This document shows, in pieces, positions 1-9,740 of a stretch of 64,000 bases of DNA. How positions within the stretch are numbered: the first letter of the stretch is position 1; each line of letters begins with the position of its first letter. The position numbers and the translations under genes were made by a program. The notes beneath the pieces are model-generated. The model was not told the DNA's origin. It made no database searches and was given only the letters and a program-made list of their open reading frames with translations. The stretch is from IMG/VR virus record IMGVR_UViG_3300005264_000008, positions 1-64,000 of that record. One strand, 5' to 3'. Source of the DNA: a virus.

Positions 1-1241
1 ATTTTTTTACCATTAGCCCAAAAATAAAAATTAGGTTGTCCGCTTTTAACTGCAATACTTATTGTTCTAGTTGCAATAGAAATGTCACCAAGACTATTAG
101 GTGTTTGTAAGTCAAATCCATTTGTAAACTTTGTATCACCAAGTTCAACTAATGCATCTTCAACATTATCTTCAATATAATAACTGGCTGTATCTGTTAG
201 TTTTATGGCATTAGCTGGTATATTATGAACATCGTTTTCAGGGTTAGAGTCAATAACAATGATACCTTCGGTTGCATGACTACGAAGAACAACACCAACT
301 CTTACAACATAATTTGGATATACTGGTTTTGTAGTTGTTAGTTCGCCAGGTGTTGTTGACAAATACAACTTATCACCTTCTGAAAAGGATGATGTATCTA
401 GTCCATGTCTTTTCCCTGCTAGACATACATATCCTGTTTCATTATTATTAATACTATCACTAATAATAATTCCTACAGGTCTTGAGTTATCGATATGTGT
501 AGCATCTGCAAGGTCTACAGTTGGGTTGTTATCTGTAGCTCCTGTTGGACGCACTACCGCCAATTTAGTTATTGTACCACCACTTGTATTTTTTACTTTG
601 AATACATTTTCAGCTAATTGTGCCGAAATTCCATCAAGGTCTACAATAGGTTTTCCTGTTGTAGTGCACCACTTAATACGTCCTTCTTGATGTGGGTATT
701 CCGTTGATGTGTCTATGTCAAAATAGCCTTGTAGACTATTATCAATTTTTGCCCAACCTGTTTCAGTTTTTATAGCCCAATCATTAATTTCCCAATCAGT
801 GATACCATCTAAAGATGTTGTACCAGCTCCATTTACTAACCAATAATGTCCTATTGTAGTTGTACCTGTAATATCAGGAGTATTTGTATCAGCATCCCAG
901 TTTCCTTGTGGTATAAGAGAACCTTGTAATGATTGTATTAAGTCGTATAATATTTTACCTTGATATGCTGATAGAGGTTTATCAATATCAGTCGAAACGA
1001 GTGTATTAATAATATCTGATATATTAACTTTTAAATTAGTATCTTCTATTGTACTGTATTCTTGCCAAGATGAACTATCAAATTTATTAAATGCATTTGT
1101 TGTAGTATTCCATATAATATATCCTTTAATTACATCTGTCAACGCATCACGTTCAATAGTAGTATATTCTGGATATGGTTTTGGTTGCACATATTTATCA
1201 TCTATATAAATATCACCTTGAAATTTATTTATTTCTCCCAT
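1..1241 (-). CDS. Tail fibre/virion structural protein (runs off the window edge; not in the ORF track)
   Basis: ATG at 1241 and open frame to position 1 (MGEINKFQGDIYIDD...). Contains the PLSAYQGKIL tail-fibre repeat and QGNWDADTNTP / GDKLYLSTTPGELTTTKP fibre-type segments. Confidence 0.7.
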   Translation of the reverse strand, partial: MGEINKFQGDIYIDDKYVQPKPYPEYTTIERDALTDVIKGYIIWNTTTNAFNKFDSSSWQEYSTIEDTNLKVNISDIINTLVSTDIDKPLSAYQGKILYDLIQSLQGSLIPQGNWDADTNTPDITGTTTIGHYWLVNGAGTTSLDGITDWEINDWAIKTETGWAKIDNSLQGYFDIDTSTEYPHQEGRIKWCTTTGKPIVDLDGISAQLAENVFKVKNTSGGTITKLAVVRPTGATDNNPTVDLADATHIDNSRPVGIIISDSINNNETGYVCLAGKRHGLDTSSFSEGDKLYLSTTPGELTTTKPVYPNYVVRVGVVLRSHATEGIIVIDSNPENDVHNIPANAIKLTDTASYYIEDNVEDALVELGDTKFTNGFDLQTPNSLGDISIATRTISIAVKSGQPNFYFWANGKK

Positions 1242-1243
1242 TA

Positions 1244-1768
1244 TTAATTTTTTTTAGCTTCAATAAACATGGTTGTTCCTAAATATGGTGTTATTGTTGG
1301 TGTATCATCTGTATCAATTGAATTTACATATAGTATTGACACAACGTCTTCAGGATTATCAATATAAAATCCGAAATTTTTAATCTTTTCGTTTTCTATT
1401 AGTGCACCTATATCAGTTAATAAACCAGTACTATCAATTGGTTGTAATTGTTTTAAGATGAAAGATGAAATTATAATAATTCTGTAAGGTCTATCATCAA
1501 ATAACCAATTTTGTAAATCATCCGAAATCTCAAATTCATCTAACTCTCTTTCAGATTTTAAATTTGTATAACATAATTCCATATAATTTGTTGTTTGTGA
1601 TAAAAAATCACTTAAAACAACATCAGTAAATACATGAGCAGATTGATGGCTTATATATTCCATTTCATTATTTTTATATTCATATTCAGTATATACCACT
1701 CTATTTTGATTAATATCTATTTTATTTATTATAATTGTATGTCCGTTAGTTATATTATTTAATTGCAT
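1244..1768 (-). CDS. Hypothetical protein in the tail-fibre cluster
   Basis: 174-aa ORF tightly packed between structural genes. Confidence 0.6.
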   Translation of the reverse strand: MQLNNITNGHTIIINKIDINQNRVVYTEYEYKNNEMEYISHQSAHVFTDVVLSDFLSQTTNYMELCYTNLKSERELDEFEISDDLQNWLFDDRPYRIIIISSFILKQLQPIDSTGLLTDIGALIENEKIKNFGFYIDNPEDVVSILYVNSIDTDDTPTITPYLGTTMFIEAKKN

Positions 1769-1778
1769 ATTTTTATTT

Positions 1779-2873
1779 TTAAATTAGTTGATTGTTTGAA
1801 AGTATCGTATTTGTACCATTGTCTATAATTGATGTTGATGTTCGGCAGTTTGAAATATTTGTTTTATCTGCCGTTGGATTTACTGTTATAGTATAATCTG
1901 TCCAACAATCACTCAATGTAACATTACTATCTTCAACCACAATTCCGTCTTGAATATATATTCGCATACAATGACCTGTAATACCATTAGAGTATATTGA
2001 TTTTGCTGAAATATCTACGTATACTCCGTTATATTGTAAATTAACCATTAAAGTTTTTGTAGTTGCAATATCATAAATATTATGACCATTGCATAGATTT
2101 ATCCTTCCATTTGTGGTTGTAATATTGAAAGTTGTGTTTTTTAAATTTTTAATGTATGCAATAAGATTGTTGCTGGCGAATGTTCCAGTAAATTTTAAAT
2201 TATCAAGCCAATTCAAATTAGTATTCGCAGATATTGCCATTGTACAAATTGCACCACCACCAATAATCTCTGAATCAGATATGTTACCTAAAAATGTATA
2301 TCCACCTGTTAAGCCAAATCCACCATATGCCGTATTAGGTAATTGTGCTATTATATTTTTAAAATTACCATATGTGGATGTGATAGGGCAATTTGCAACT
2401 GTTGAATTGTTATCAATTATTATGTTATTAACATTTATAAATTTATTTGATAATGTGTTAAATAATTGTTTTGCAACTGTATAAGCAAATGTTATTTTTC
2501 CAATACCTCTAATTCCAGTAATATCTAAGCTTCCACTTGTCGTAAATGTAAAATTGTAAACACCCAAGTTTAAATTAAATTCTTGAACATTTATGCTAAT
2601 ATTATTATTCACACTAATATTATTAGTTTCAATAACATCACTTACTAATAATAAATTATATTTTCCGTCTGTAATTGCATCGTATATTGTAACATAATTT
2701 CCACCAGTACCTACTGTTGTTGTAAATTGTTCATCTTGTAGAACGACACTGTCAATTATATCTCGAAGGTGTTCTTGTAATATATCTCCTGTAACACCTT
2801 GTTCTTCATTTTGATATATTCTATTTGTATTTGATGTTGTTAGTTCACCTCTTGTTTTAATCATTATGTTCAA
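1779..2873 (-). CDS. Putative virion structural/fibre protein, beta-helix-like
   Basis: N/T/I/G-rich; TVGTGGNYVTIYDAI resembles a beta-helix N-cap; structural gene context. Confidence 0.5.
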   Translation of the reverse strand: MNIMIKTRGELTTSNTNRIYQNEEQGVTGDILQEHLRDIIDSVVLQDEQFTTTVGTGGNYVTIYDAITDGKYNLLLVSDVIETNNISVNNNISINVQEFNLNLGVYNFTFTTSGSLDITGIRGIGKITFAYTVAKQLFNTLSNKFINVNNIIIDNNSTVANCPITSTYGNFKNIIAQLPNTAYGGFGLTGGYTFLGNISDSEIIGGGAICTMAISANTNLNWLDNLKFTGTFASNNLIAYIKNLKNTTFNITTTNGRINLCNGHNIYDIATTKTLMVNLQYNGVYVDISAKSIYSNGITGHCMRIYIQDGIVVEDSNVTLSDCWTDYTITVNPTADKTNISNCRTSTSIIDNGTNTILSNNQLI

Positions 2874-3342
2874 TATTTAATAGATTCCTTTTTGTTAAAT
2901 GCCCTGTAAATATTATACTAACATTCCATCCGTATAATTTACTTAAATCTTTATTTGTATTTGGATTTCGTTTCATAAACAATTGATTTTCAATTTTGTG
3001 TGTTAATTCCCAAAAATTATTATTCCAATGTATGATATCACCAACATCAATATACACATCTTTATCTACAACTTCATCACGAGAAAACGATATTCGTATT
3101 GTCTGCATAATATCATATCCAAAGTCTTCATAATTACTTGACTGCTCATCAACACTAATCAATGCATTAAGCCTAATTGGTGTTTTGTATATTTTTTTCT
3201 CGCTTTCACCATATATATTATCTTTCGTGGCAATAATATCAAACCGAAACACATCAATTTTAGTATCAATCACATTATTCAATAATTCTTTATTTATCGC
3301 TTTGAATAATCGAATATCTCTTATTTTACCATATAAAGCCAT
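2857..3342 (-). CDS. Neck/head-closure protein (T4 gp14-like)
   Basis: NIYGESEKK..., IDVGDIIHWNNNFWEL pattern typical of gp14-like neck proteins. Confidence 0.6.
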   Translation of the reverse strand: MALYGKIRDIRLFKAINKELLNNVIDTKIDVFRFDIIATKDNIYGESEKKIYKTPIRLNALISVDEQSSNYEDFGYDIMQTIRISFSRDEVVDKDVYIDVGDIIHWNNNFWELTHKIENQLFMKRNPNTNKDLSKLYGWNVSIIFTGHLTKRNLLNIEHND

Positions 3343-3749
3343 TAGAATAATTCATAATCATAATCTATATCATTTTTCTTTAATAACGATGTGATTGATT
3401 TCATATCAGCTCGACCTTTCAAATATACTGTTATTGAACCATCTGGTTGTGCGATTATATTTTTTTTATTTGGTTCTAAAATTATACCAAACGATTCATC
3501 AGATGATTTTTTTGATTCTTGTAGTTTCCGTATATCTTTAGCAGTATATCCAAATTTATATTTTAATAATTTGACTGCATCTTTTTTTTCTGATGCTGTT
3601 TTAGTTGAACTTTGTATTGTTTTAATTGCCAATTTATGTTCGCTATGACTGACATAATTATAGTCAGTTGGAATTGTTTTTGCTTCTTTAAGTTGTTCAC
3701 TAATAATATTTGTTATTAGTGTGTTTAATTGTTTTTTTGTCATTTTCAT
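3342..3749 (-). CDS. Leader-family protein (putative internal head protein)
   Basis: Begins MKMTKKQLNTLITNIISEQLKE, shared with many ORFs here. Confidence 0.6.
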   Translation of the reverse strand: MKMTKKQLNTLITNIISEQLKEAKTIPTDYNYVSHSEHKLAIKTIQSSTKTASEKKDAVKLLKYKFGYTAKDIRKLQESKKSSDESFGIILEPNKKNIIAQPDGSITVYLKGRADMKSITSLLKKNDIDYDYELF

Positions 3750-3767
3750 ATTTTTATATAAATAGTA

Positions 3768-6257
3768 TTAAATTCCATTTACTTTCATTTTATTCATTTT
3801 TAATCCCAAATATCTACCAACTTCTCTATCGTTAATATAAACACCTCCACCTTTGTTTAGAGTAGAAACTAAATTATCAACACTAGAAATTAATTTATCC
3901 ATTTTACTATCTTTTGATTCATCGCTTTTGCCACTTCCACCTGTCATAATAGGCTTTAATTTCGTTGTTAGCGTTGTTAATGTTGCTAGTATAGGTATCA
4001 TAGGTGTGATTGCCAATAAAGACCCTGCAAACGATAAAATACCCACTCCCATCAATGCAAACCCTTCACCTATCGAAGATAAACTTCCGCTTATAGAAGA
4101 AAGTTGCATTATGAGTGGTATGAATGCTGTAATTGGATTTACTATCATTTGCAATCCAAGTCCTAACATAGAAAGTGCACCACCCAAAGCAAGGAAACCA
4201 AGTACACCAGCTCCAAATAATATTGCACCTGGTCCAGTTAATAACGCACCCAATCCAAACATTGCAAGTGTTAGCCCTACAAGTGCAGTACCAGCAATAC
4301 CAAGTGTTTTCCAATCAATATCAGTAAATTGTTGCAATGCATAACCTAATGGTATTAAAGAAGCACTCATAATTGCCAATGCAATTGAACCCTTTAGTAT
4401 ACCACCACCCATTTTACTAATTACTTTCATAATTCCTGCCATTGCAAGCATAGAACCCATACCCATTAAGGCAGATTCAAATGGAACATCAGCAAATTGT
4501 TTTAATGCTATTGCTAACAATGGTATTGTGACAATGATTACACCGATTGCAAGACTAAATTTCGCAAGGGCTTTCAAATCTAACTTTTTCCAGCCATTAA
4601 TCCAATTGACAATTGGATTTCCTTTCATTTTTGAAATGCCATCTTTTCCGATTGCACCTGTTGTTTTTGATAAATCTTTACCTTTTGATGCTGATGATAA
4701 TAATTTAGAAGATGTACCACCTGTTTCTGTTGCACTTTGAATTGCTTTTCCTTTAAGTAATCCAGAAATCCATTGACCTACTCCTCTTACCATTTTACCC
4801 ATTCCTTTGAATATACCTGGCATTAGTGATTTCATTGATGATAATGCCATAACACTAGACATTAAAAGTTCTTTTTGTTCCCAAGCTCCTTTAACCATTC
4901 CCTGTACTTTAATTACATTATCTCCTAATGCACTACCATATACATCATGAATTTTACCTAATTTTTCTTGCTGTGAAATCATTGTTTGCATTTGGTCAGT
5001 TGACATTCCAAGTGACTCTGCTACTTTTTGTCGTTGTATCACATCCCATTCATTCCATTCCGAAATAGTGAATTGATTATTCAATATTTCTTTCATCATA
5101 CCTGCATGGTCACGTGCTAATGCTAATTCACGTGCTTTATTAAAATTCAATTGCTTTCCTGTTAATACACTTGCACTCATTTCTGCTTCAATACTACTAT
5201 CAATATCAAGTAAACTACTAGAAATTTGGTCAATTGTTCCAAGTGATAATCCTAATTGTTGAGCCGATACGGCCGCATTTATAATATTGTTAGTTCCAGC
5301 TTTAGAATATTTAGCGAAATATTCAGTATTTTGTGCAACTTCCCCCATCGTTTTACCAGTACTCACACCACCTGCTTTCGCAATATTTTCATATATTTTA
5401 AAACTATCTTCAGCAGATTGATTTGTTAGTGGTTGTATATCGGAGAACATTTTATACAATTTAGCACCATCATTTACTGCTAAACCATAATAAGTAGACA
5501 TTTTTCCAACTTGTACAATTGCTTCATCAGTAACATCGTTAATATCTTTAAATTCATCATATAATGCAGATGCTGATTCACCAGCTTTACCTAATCCAAC
5601 ACCAAATGCTAAACCTTTCACAGATGCAATTGACATGTTTTTTGCTAAAATCATACTATCACTGCCACTTAACCCCATTTCGACTCTAGTATCAAGCATA
5701 CTTTGTGCTAATTCACCACCACTTTTTGCCAATGATGCCATGAATACTCCACCTGCAACTTTTGGATTTTTTGCCATTGTAGTTAATGTTTTAGTAAACC
5801 CATCCACCCTTTTTCCAATGTTCATCAACTTTTCACGTTGTTCTTCTAAAATGTCATTTTCTTCATTTAAAATATCGATTTGAGTTTTACCTTTATCATT
5901 CACAAGAGTTTTAGAATCAATCATATCTTGTAGCATTTGCAATTGAATTGTCATTGCTTTTTGTTGATTCTCATTCATATCATCACCTAATAGTTTCATT
6001 GCTTTTGTAACTGAGAACTTTTTTAATTCTAATGTGTTACCGTCTTTTAGATTTTGCAATTGGTCTTTGACTATATCTGCTAATCCCATATTAAGAGATG
6101 CACGACCTTTATCAATATTAAATAATACCTTTGATTGTTTTGTTAATTTCACAGCCATATCAGTAACATCAGCAAAATGATTCTGCTGAATATTACTCAT
6201 TTCTTTAATTTGATTTTGTAAGTCTAATCCAAAATCACGAATGTCATCGAATTCCAT
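3768..6257 (-). CDS. Tail tape measure protein
   Basis: 829 aa, Ala/Gly/Leu-rich and helical; LLDIDSSIEAEMSASVLTGKQLNFNKARELAL motif; hydrophobic C-terminal third; ends VYINDREVG. Confidence 0.8.
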   Translation of the reverse strand: MEFDDIRDFGLDLQNQIKEMSNIQQNHFADVTDMAVKLTKQSKVLFNIDKGRASLNMGLADIVKDQLQNLKDGNTLELKKFSVTKAMKLLGDDMNENQQKAMTIQLQMLQDMIDSKTLVNDKGKTQIDILNEENDILEEQREKLMNIGKRVDGFTKTLTTMAKNPKVAGGVFMASLAKSGGELAQSMLDTRVEMGLSGSDSMILAKNMSIASVKGLAFGVGLGKAGESASALYDEFKDINDVTDEAIVQVGKMSTYYGLAVNDGAKLYKMFSDIQPLTNQSAEDSFKIYENIAKAGGVSTGKTMGEVAQNTEYFAKYSKAGTNNIINAAVSAQQLGLSLGTIDQISSSLLDIDSSIEAEMSASVLTGKQLNFNKARELALARDHAGMMKEILNNQFTISEWNEWDVIQRQKVAESLGMSTDQMQTMISQQEKLGKIHDVYGSALGDNVIKVQGMVKGAWEQKELLMSSVMALSSMKSLMPGIFKGMGKMVRGVGQWISGLLKGKAIQSATETGGTSSKLLSSASKGKDLSKTTGAIGKDGISKMKGNPIVNWINGWKKLDLKALAKFSLAIGVIIVTIPLLAIALKQFADVPFESALMGMGSMLAMAGIMKVISKMGGGILKGSIALAIMSASLIPLGYALQQFTDIDWKTLGIAGTALVGLTLAMFGLGALLTGPGAILFGAGVLGFLALGGALSMLGLGLQMIVNPITAFIPLIMQLSSISGSLSSIGEGFALMGVGILSFAGSLLAITPMIPILATLTTLTTKLKPIMTGGSGKSDESKDSKMDKLISSVDNLVSTLNKGGGVYINDREVGRYLGLKMNKMKVNGI

Positions 6258-6259
6258 TA

Positions 6260-6802
6260 TTAGTCAAGTTTAGTGTTATTCATCAAGTCTTCAAATTCTT
6301 CTGGACTAAGTCCATATTCATTTGCTAAGTCATGCTCATATTTTTTCATTATAGTATCCACCTTTTTTTTATTTTTCTTCACTGATTGCATCATTTCGGG
6401 ATGGTCATTATTGAATTTTTTAATGGCATCTCGTTCAATTGTTTTATGAATACTTTTAAAAAAATTTGTGAAGAATCCTTCGTCTATATTAGATTTTTCT
6501 GATAATATTTTCGGTGTATTAACATATTTCATCAATCTAATTCTTATTGTATTATCTTCGTTCATATATTCAGATGTCAATCTTATTAAATCTGATAATA
6601 TGTTGTTATAATTCTCAGAAATGAAAAACGTTTCATCGAACATTAAATCTATCATTGAAGTGTCGTATTTTTTAGTATCTACTCTTACTTGTTTGATTGT
6701 TTTTTCTCCAATGATATTAATATTATGTTTTTCTAATATTTCATCATATCTTTTTAATAATTCATATGTAACTTTTTTTAATTTTCGTTGCTTTATATTC
6801 AT
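6260..6802 (-). CDS. Hypothetical protein
   Basis: 180-aa ORF directly upstream of the tape measure gene. Confidence 0.6.
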   Translation of the reverse strand: MNIKQRKLKKVTYELLKRYDEILEKHNINIIGEKTIKQVRVDTKKYDTSMIDLMFDETFFISENYNNILSDLIRLTSEYMNEDNTIRIRLMKYVNTPKILSEKSNIDEGFFTNFFKSIHKTIERDAIKKFNNDHPEMMQSVKKNKKKVDTIMKKYEHDLANEYGLSPEEFEDLMNNTKLD

Positions 6803-6808
6803 GAGTTT

Positions 6809-7159
6809 TCAGTTTATTTTCAATATGTGTTTAGGAATTTGTTCAATTGTATATAATTCATATAATTTATGAATTGCTTTGTGTTTATTATTGACAATAT
6901 AATAAATCATAAAATTATCTAAATTTATTAATACCGAATCTATTTTATCAATATATGGTTGAATTCGTTTTGTTATAATATTATGCATCAATTTTATTGA
7001 TTTTATTTTTAAATCATCTCCAAAAGCATCATCAATATAATATGAAATTACATTATTAGTATCAACACTTGCATTTGAAAATGTCAATGTTTCATCATTT
7101 TGAAATGTGTATTTATAATTGTATATCGCATATGTACATATTATATTTAAGTAATCCAT
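6809..7159 (-). CDS. Hypothetical protein
   Basis: 116-aa ORF preceded by an ACTATTTATA motif. Confidence 0.55.
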   Translation of the reverse strand: MDYLNIICTYAIYNYKYTFQNDETLTFSNASVDTNNVISYYIDDAFGDDLKIKSIKLMHNIITKRIQPYIDKIDSVLINLDNFMIYYIVNNKHKAIHKLYELYTIEQIPKHILKIN

Positions 7160-7160
7160 T

Positions 7161-7181
7161 TACTATTTATTATAAATAGTA
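7161..7181. promoter_or_regulatory. Palindromic divergent candidate late promoter
   Basis: TACTATTTA-TTA-TAAATAGTA inverted repeat between divergent ATGs at 7159 and 7189; each strand reads ACTATTTAT. Confidence 0.5.
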
Positions 7182-7188
7182 TAATATA

Positions 7189-7488
7189 ATGAATAATGTA
7201 CAAGAACTAATATTAGAAATAAAATATTTAATAGCTGAATTGCGGTTGACCGAAGTTGAAACAAAACGTGTCATACGGAATAAAAAAGTAGTAAAAAAGA
7301 AAGAATGTAAAAAGGGTTACAAATGGAATGCATCTAATAAAAAATGTATAAAAATGTCACCAACTGAAATTCTCAATCGAAGACGTGCACAAAAAAAGGC
7401 ATCATTTAAACGAAAAAGTAAAAAGACACAAACAACTAGAAAACGTAACCAAAGTTTATCAAAAAGAAAATCGAGTGGAATAAAATAA
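7189..7488 (+). CDS. Basic prohead-core-like protein (T4 gp68-like domain)
   Basis: K/R-rich; KKECKKGYKW...KKCIKMSPTEILNRRRAQKK. A related domain ends ORF 54984-55718. Confidence 0.45.
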   Translation: MNNVQELILEIKYLIAELRLTEVETKRVIRNKKVVKKKECKKGYKWNASNKKCIKMSPTEILNRRRAQKKASFKRKSKKTQTTRKRNQSLSKRKSSGIK

Positions 7489-7541
7489 AATATATTTAAC
7501 ATTTTTAATATAAATAATTTTCATATTAAAGTTATATAACT

Positions 7542-7549
7542 TATATTTG
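7542..7549 (+). promoter_or_regulatory. Bacteroidota-type -7 promoter box TAnnTTTG
   Basis: TATATTTG. The flanking TTATATTTGCACTATAACTA is identical to the promoter at 45319-45326. Confidence 0.6.
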
Positions 7550-7623
7550 CACTATAACTAATAAAACAAACTATTATGGCGGAAGCACTCAAACAATATG
7601 AACTCACCTAGAAATTATTAAAC

Positions 7624-7654
7624 AAAAAGGGACTTCAATTTGAAGTCCCTTTTT
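7624..7654. terminator. Bidirectional intrinsic terminator
   Basis: AAAAGGGACTTCA-ATT-TGAAGTCCCTTTT between convergent units. Confidence 0.75.
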
Positions 7655-7655
7655 G

Positions 7656-8072
7656 TTACCGTATACTCTTTTTCCATTTACATTTAGAGTGTATCATTTC
7701 AGTATCTGCATGATGTATGGTTTCAATTAAATTATTATCATATATACTCATACCAACTGAAAATATATCATTTGTAATAATTTTGTTTCTTGTATTTGAT
7801 AATAAAATGAATTCATCACCACCATATCGAATTAGTATATCTGTTTTATCGAGTTTAATTGTATTGATACAGTCTTTAATATATTCATCACCAATTGAAT
7901 GTCCTTTTTTATTTATAACATGTAAATTGTTAATATCAATATAGTATACATATTTAGCACTAATATTATCAATATTTTGGTGTAACCAATTTCGATTTAA
8001 CAATCCTGTTAATAAATCATGGTATGCAATATACTTTAACTTTCTGTATTCTTTTATTAATTTAATTATCAT
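7656..8072 (-). CDS. Stand-alone GGDEF-domain protein (diguanylate-cyclase family)
   Basis: HDLLTGLLNR, YIDINNLHVIN..GHSIGD and RYGGDEF motifs. Confidence 0.85.
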   Translation of the reverse strand: MIIKLIKEYRKLKYIAYHDLLTGLLNRNWLHQNIDNISAKYVYYIDINNLHVINKKGHSIGDEYIKDCINTIKLDKTDILIRYGGDEFILLSNTRNKIITNDIFSVGMSIYDNNLIETIHHADTEMIHSKCKWKKSIR

Positions 8073-9058
8073 TTGAATTGATTGTATTGTTTATATTTAT
8101 TATTGTAATCAATACATACATCAAGACAATTATTCCTACAAATGTCATCTATAAATGTATTGTGTTCGGCAAACCAATTGAATCGTTCTTCTCGCATTTT
8201 ATTAGACACTTTTCCAATAGCTTTTCCTTTTTCTCGCATATATATTACACATGGATAATGATAATCACCAGCTATCACCGAATCATCTAATACTAATGCA
8301 CATTTGGTTGTGTCTGTGTTTTGAATCCCCCGAACATTCCTACCAATTGCAAAATGTTTAATTCTATAATCTAATATCGGATGTGCCTTTCTAATATCAA
8401 TTTCAATTTCGTTTAATCTTGGGATTGGTTCGTTCCATTGTGCGGATGATATAATCCGAATATCATTAACACCAAGTAAATGTGCAAACCGAATAGTTTC
8501 AAGAGTATTGTCAATATTAGTTGGTGTTAGAACTACACCTACAGTAACATATGTTAATTTAGATAATATTCTTATATTATTAACCACAATATCCCATGAA
8601 CCACTGATGTTTCCTGCCATTTTATCACCATCTATAGCACAACACGCATCTAATGATATTGAAAAATCATTCACACCAGCGTTAATCAATTGTTTATATA
8701 AATCTGTTTTATTAGACCCATTTGTCGATAATGCAATTCGTGATATTCCTTTCTGTTTGGAATATCGCACAATTTCAATTATATCTTTATGTAAGGTTGG
8801 TTCTCCACCCGAAAAACGAATGTTTTCAAGTGGACTATTTTCACACCATAAATCAATATTATGCTTTATTTCACCTAAACTCAATTGTTTAAATTTACGA
8901 TTTCCATATACTTCATCACCAAGACCTCTGCAATAAGGACAGCTAAAATTACAATATTCAGTAATTATCATTTCACAACGTTTCATTTGTGAATATTGAC
9001 TTGTGTTTTTTACTCGATTGTCGTATAAACTATAAAATCCAATTTCTTCTAATTTCAT
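8069..9058 (-). CDS. Radical SAM protein with Cys-rich C-terminus
   Basis: CNFSCPYC (CxxxCxxC), FSGGEPTL, STNG; several additional C-terminal cysteines. Confidence 0.85.
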   Translation of the reverse strand: MKLEEIGFYSLYDNRVKNTSQYSQMKRCEMIITEYCNFSCPYCRGLGDEVYGNRKFKQLSLGEIKHNIDLWCENSPLENIRFSGGEPTLHKDIIEIVRYSKQKGISRIALSTNGSNKTDLYKQLINAGVNDFSISLDACCAIDGDKMAGNISGSWDIVVNNIRILSKLTYVTVGVVLTPTNIDNTLETIRFAHLLGVNDIRIISSAQWNEPIPRLNEIEIDIRKAHPILDYRIKHFAIGRNVRGIQNTDTTKCALVLDDSVIAGDYHYPCVIYMREKGKAIGKVSNKMREERFNWFAEHNTFIDDICRNNCLDVCIDYNNKYKQYNQFK

Positions 9059-9067
9059 GATTATCGT

Positions 9068-9673
9068 TTATTTTTTATTTTCTGTTTTTAATAGTTTTAT
9101 GATTGTATACACCTTTTGTGTATATTTAGGGTCAGTTGCATATCCACATGCAGATATTTCAATACATAATTCAGCAATAGTTGTTGCTTCCATTAATGGT
9201 TTATAACGAAGTTTTCCTTTATTTTCGGTGGTTTTTATGATAGTAAAAAAATTATGAAAACAATCACTAAATGAATAGAATACAGCAAATTCACCCGATA
9301 CTTGTTTTAATTCTTTATTTATATATTCATTTGTGCCATATAAAACTGAAGGTCGTAGCTTTAATTTCTTAATTCCTAATAAATTATTATGAAATGTCAA
9401 TTGACTTTTTAAATTACCTGATTCGAGTAACACCATTGCTCCAATAAAATATATCAAATCTTCACTATCACATGCAAAGTATTCTATGTTTGAATCTACC
9501 TGTATTTTAATGACAGGTTTTATTAAGTTAAACACTTCAAGTTGCGATAAGTCATTTTCAAATACTTGTTTAATTATATGACTATCATTATTTGTATATA
9601 TTTCATCTGATGTTGTGCACGATGTCAATGCTAATGATACTAATACTAGTGTAAATAATGTTAATTTTTTCAT
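9068..9673 (-). CDS. Lipoprotein, GH73 glucosaminidase (peptidoglycan hydrolase)
   Basis: Signal peptide with lipobox LTSC; LESG, NNLLGIK and GYATDPKY motifs. Confidence 0.8.
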   Translation of the reverse strand: MKKLTLFTLVLVSLALTSCTTSDEIYTNNDSHIIKQVFENDLSQLEVFNLIKPVIKIQVDSNIEYFACDSEDLIYFIGAMVLLESGNLKSQLTFHNNLLGIKKLKLRPSVLYGTNEYINKELKQVSGEFAVFYSFSDCFHNFFTIIKTTENKGKLRYKPLMEATTIAELCIEISACGYATDPKYTQKVYTIIKLLKTENKK

Positions 9674-9700
9674 GTTTTTATCCTTTTATGTTTAATATTG

Positions 9701-9708
9701 CAAATATA
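9701..9708 (-). promoter_or_regulatory. Bacteroidota-type -7 promoter box
   Basis: TATATTTG on the minus strand about 28 nt upstream of the GH73 start. Confidence 0.55.
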
Positions 9709-9740
9709 AGATATACAATTTTAATATGTAAATTATTTTT

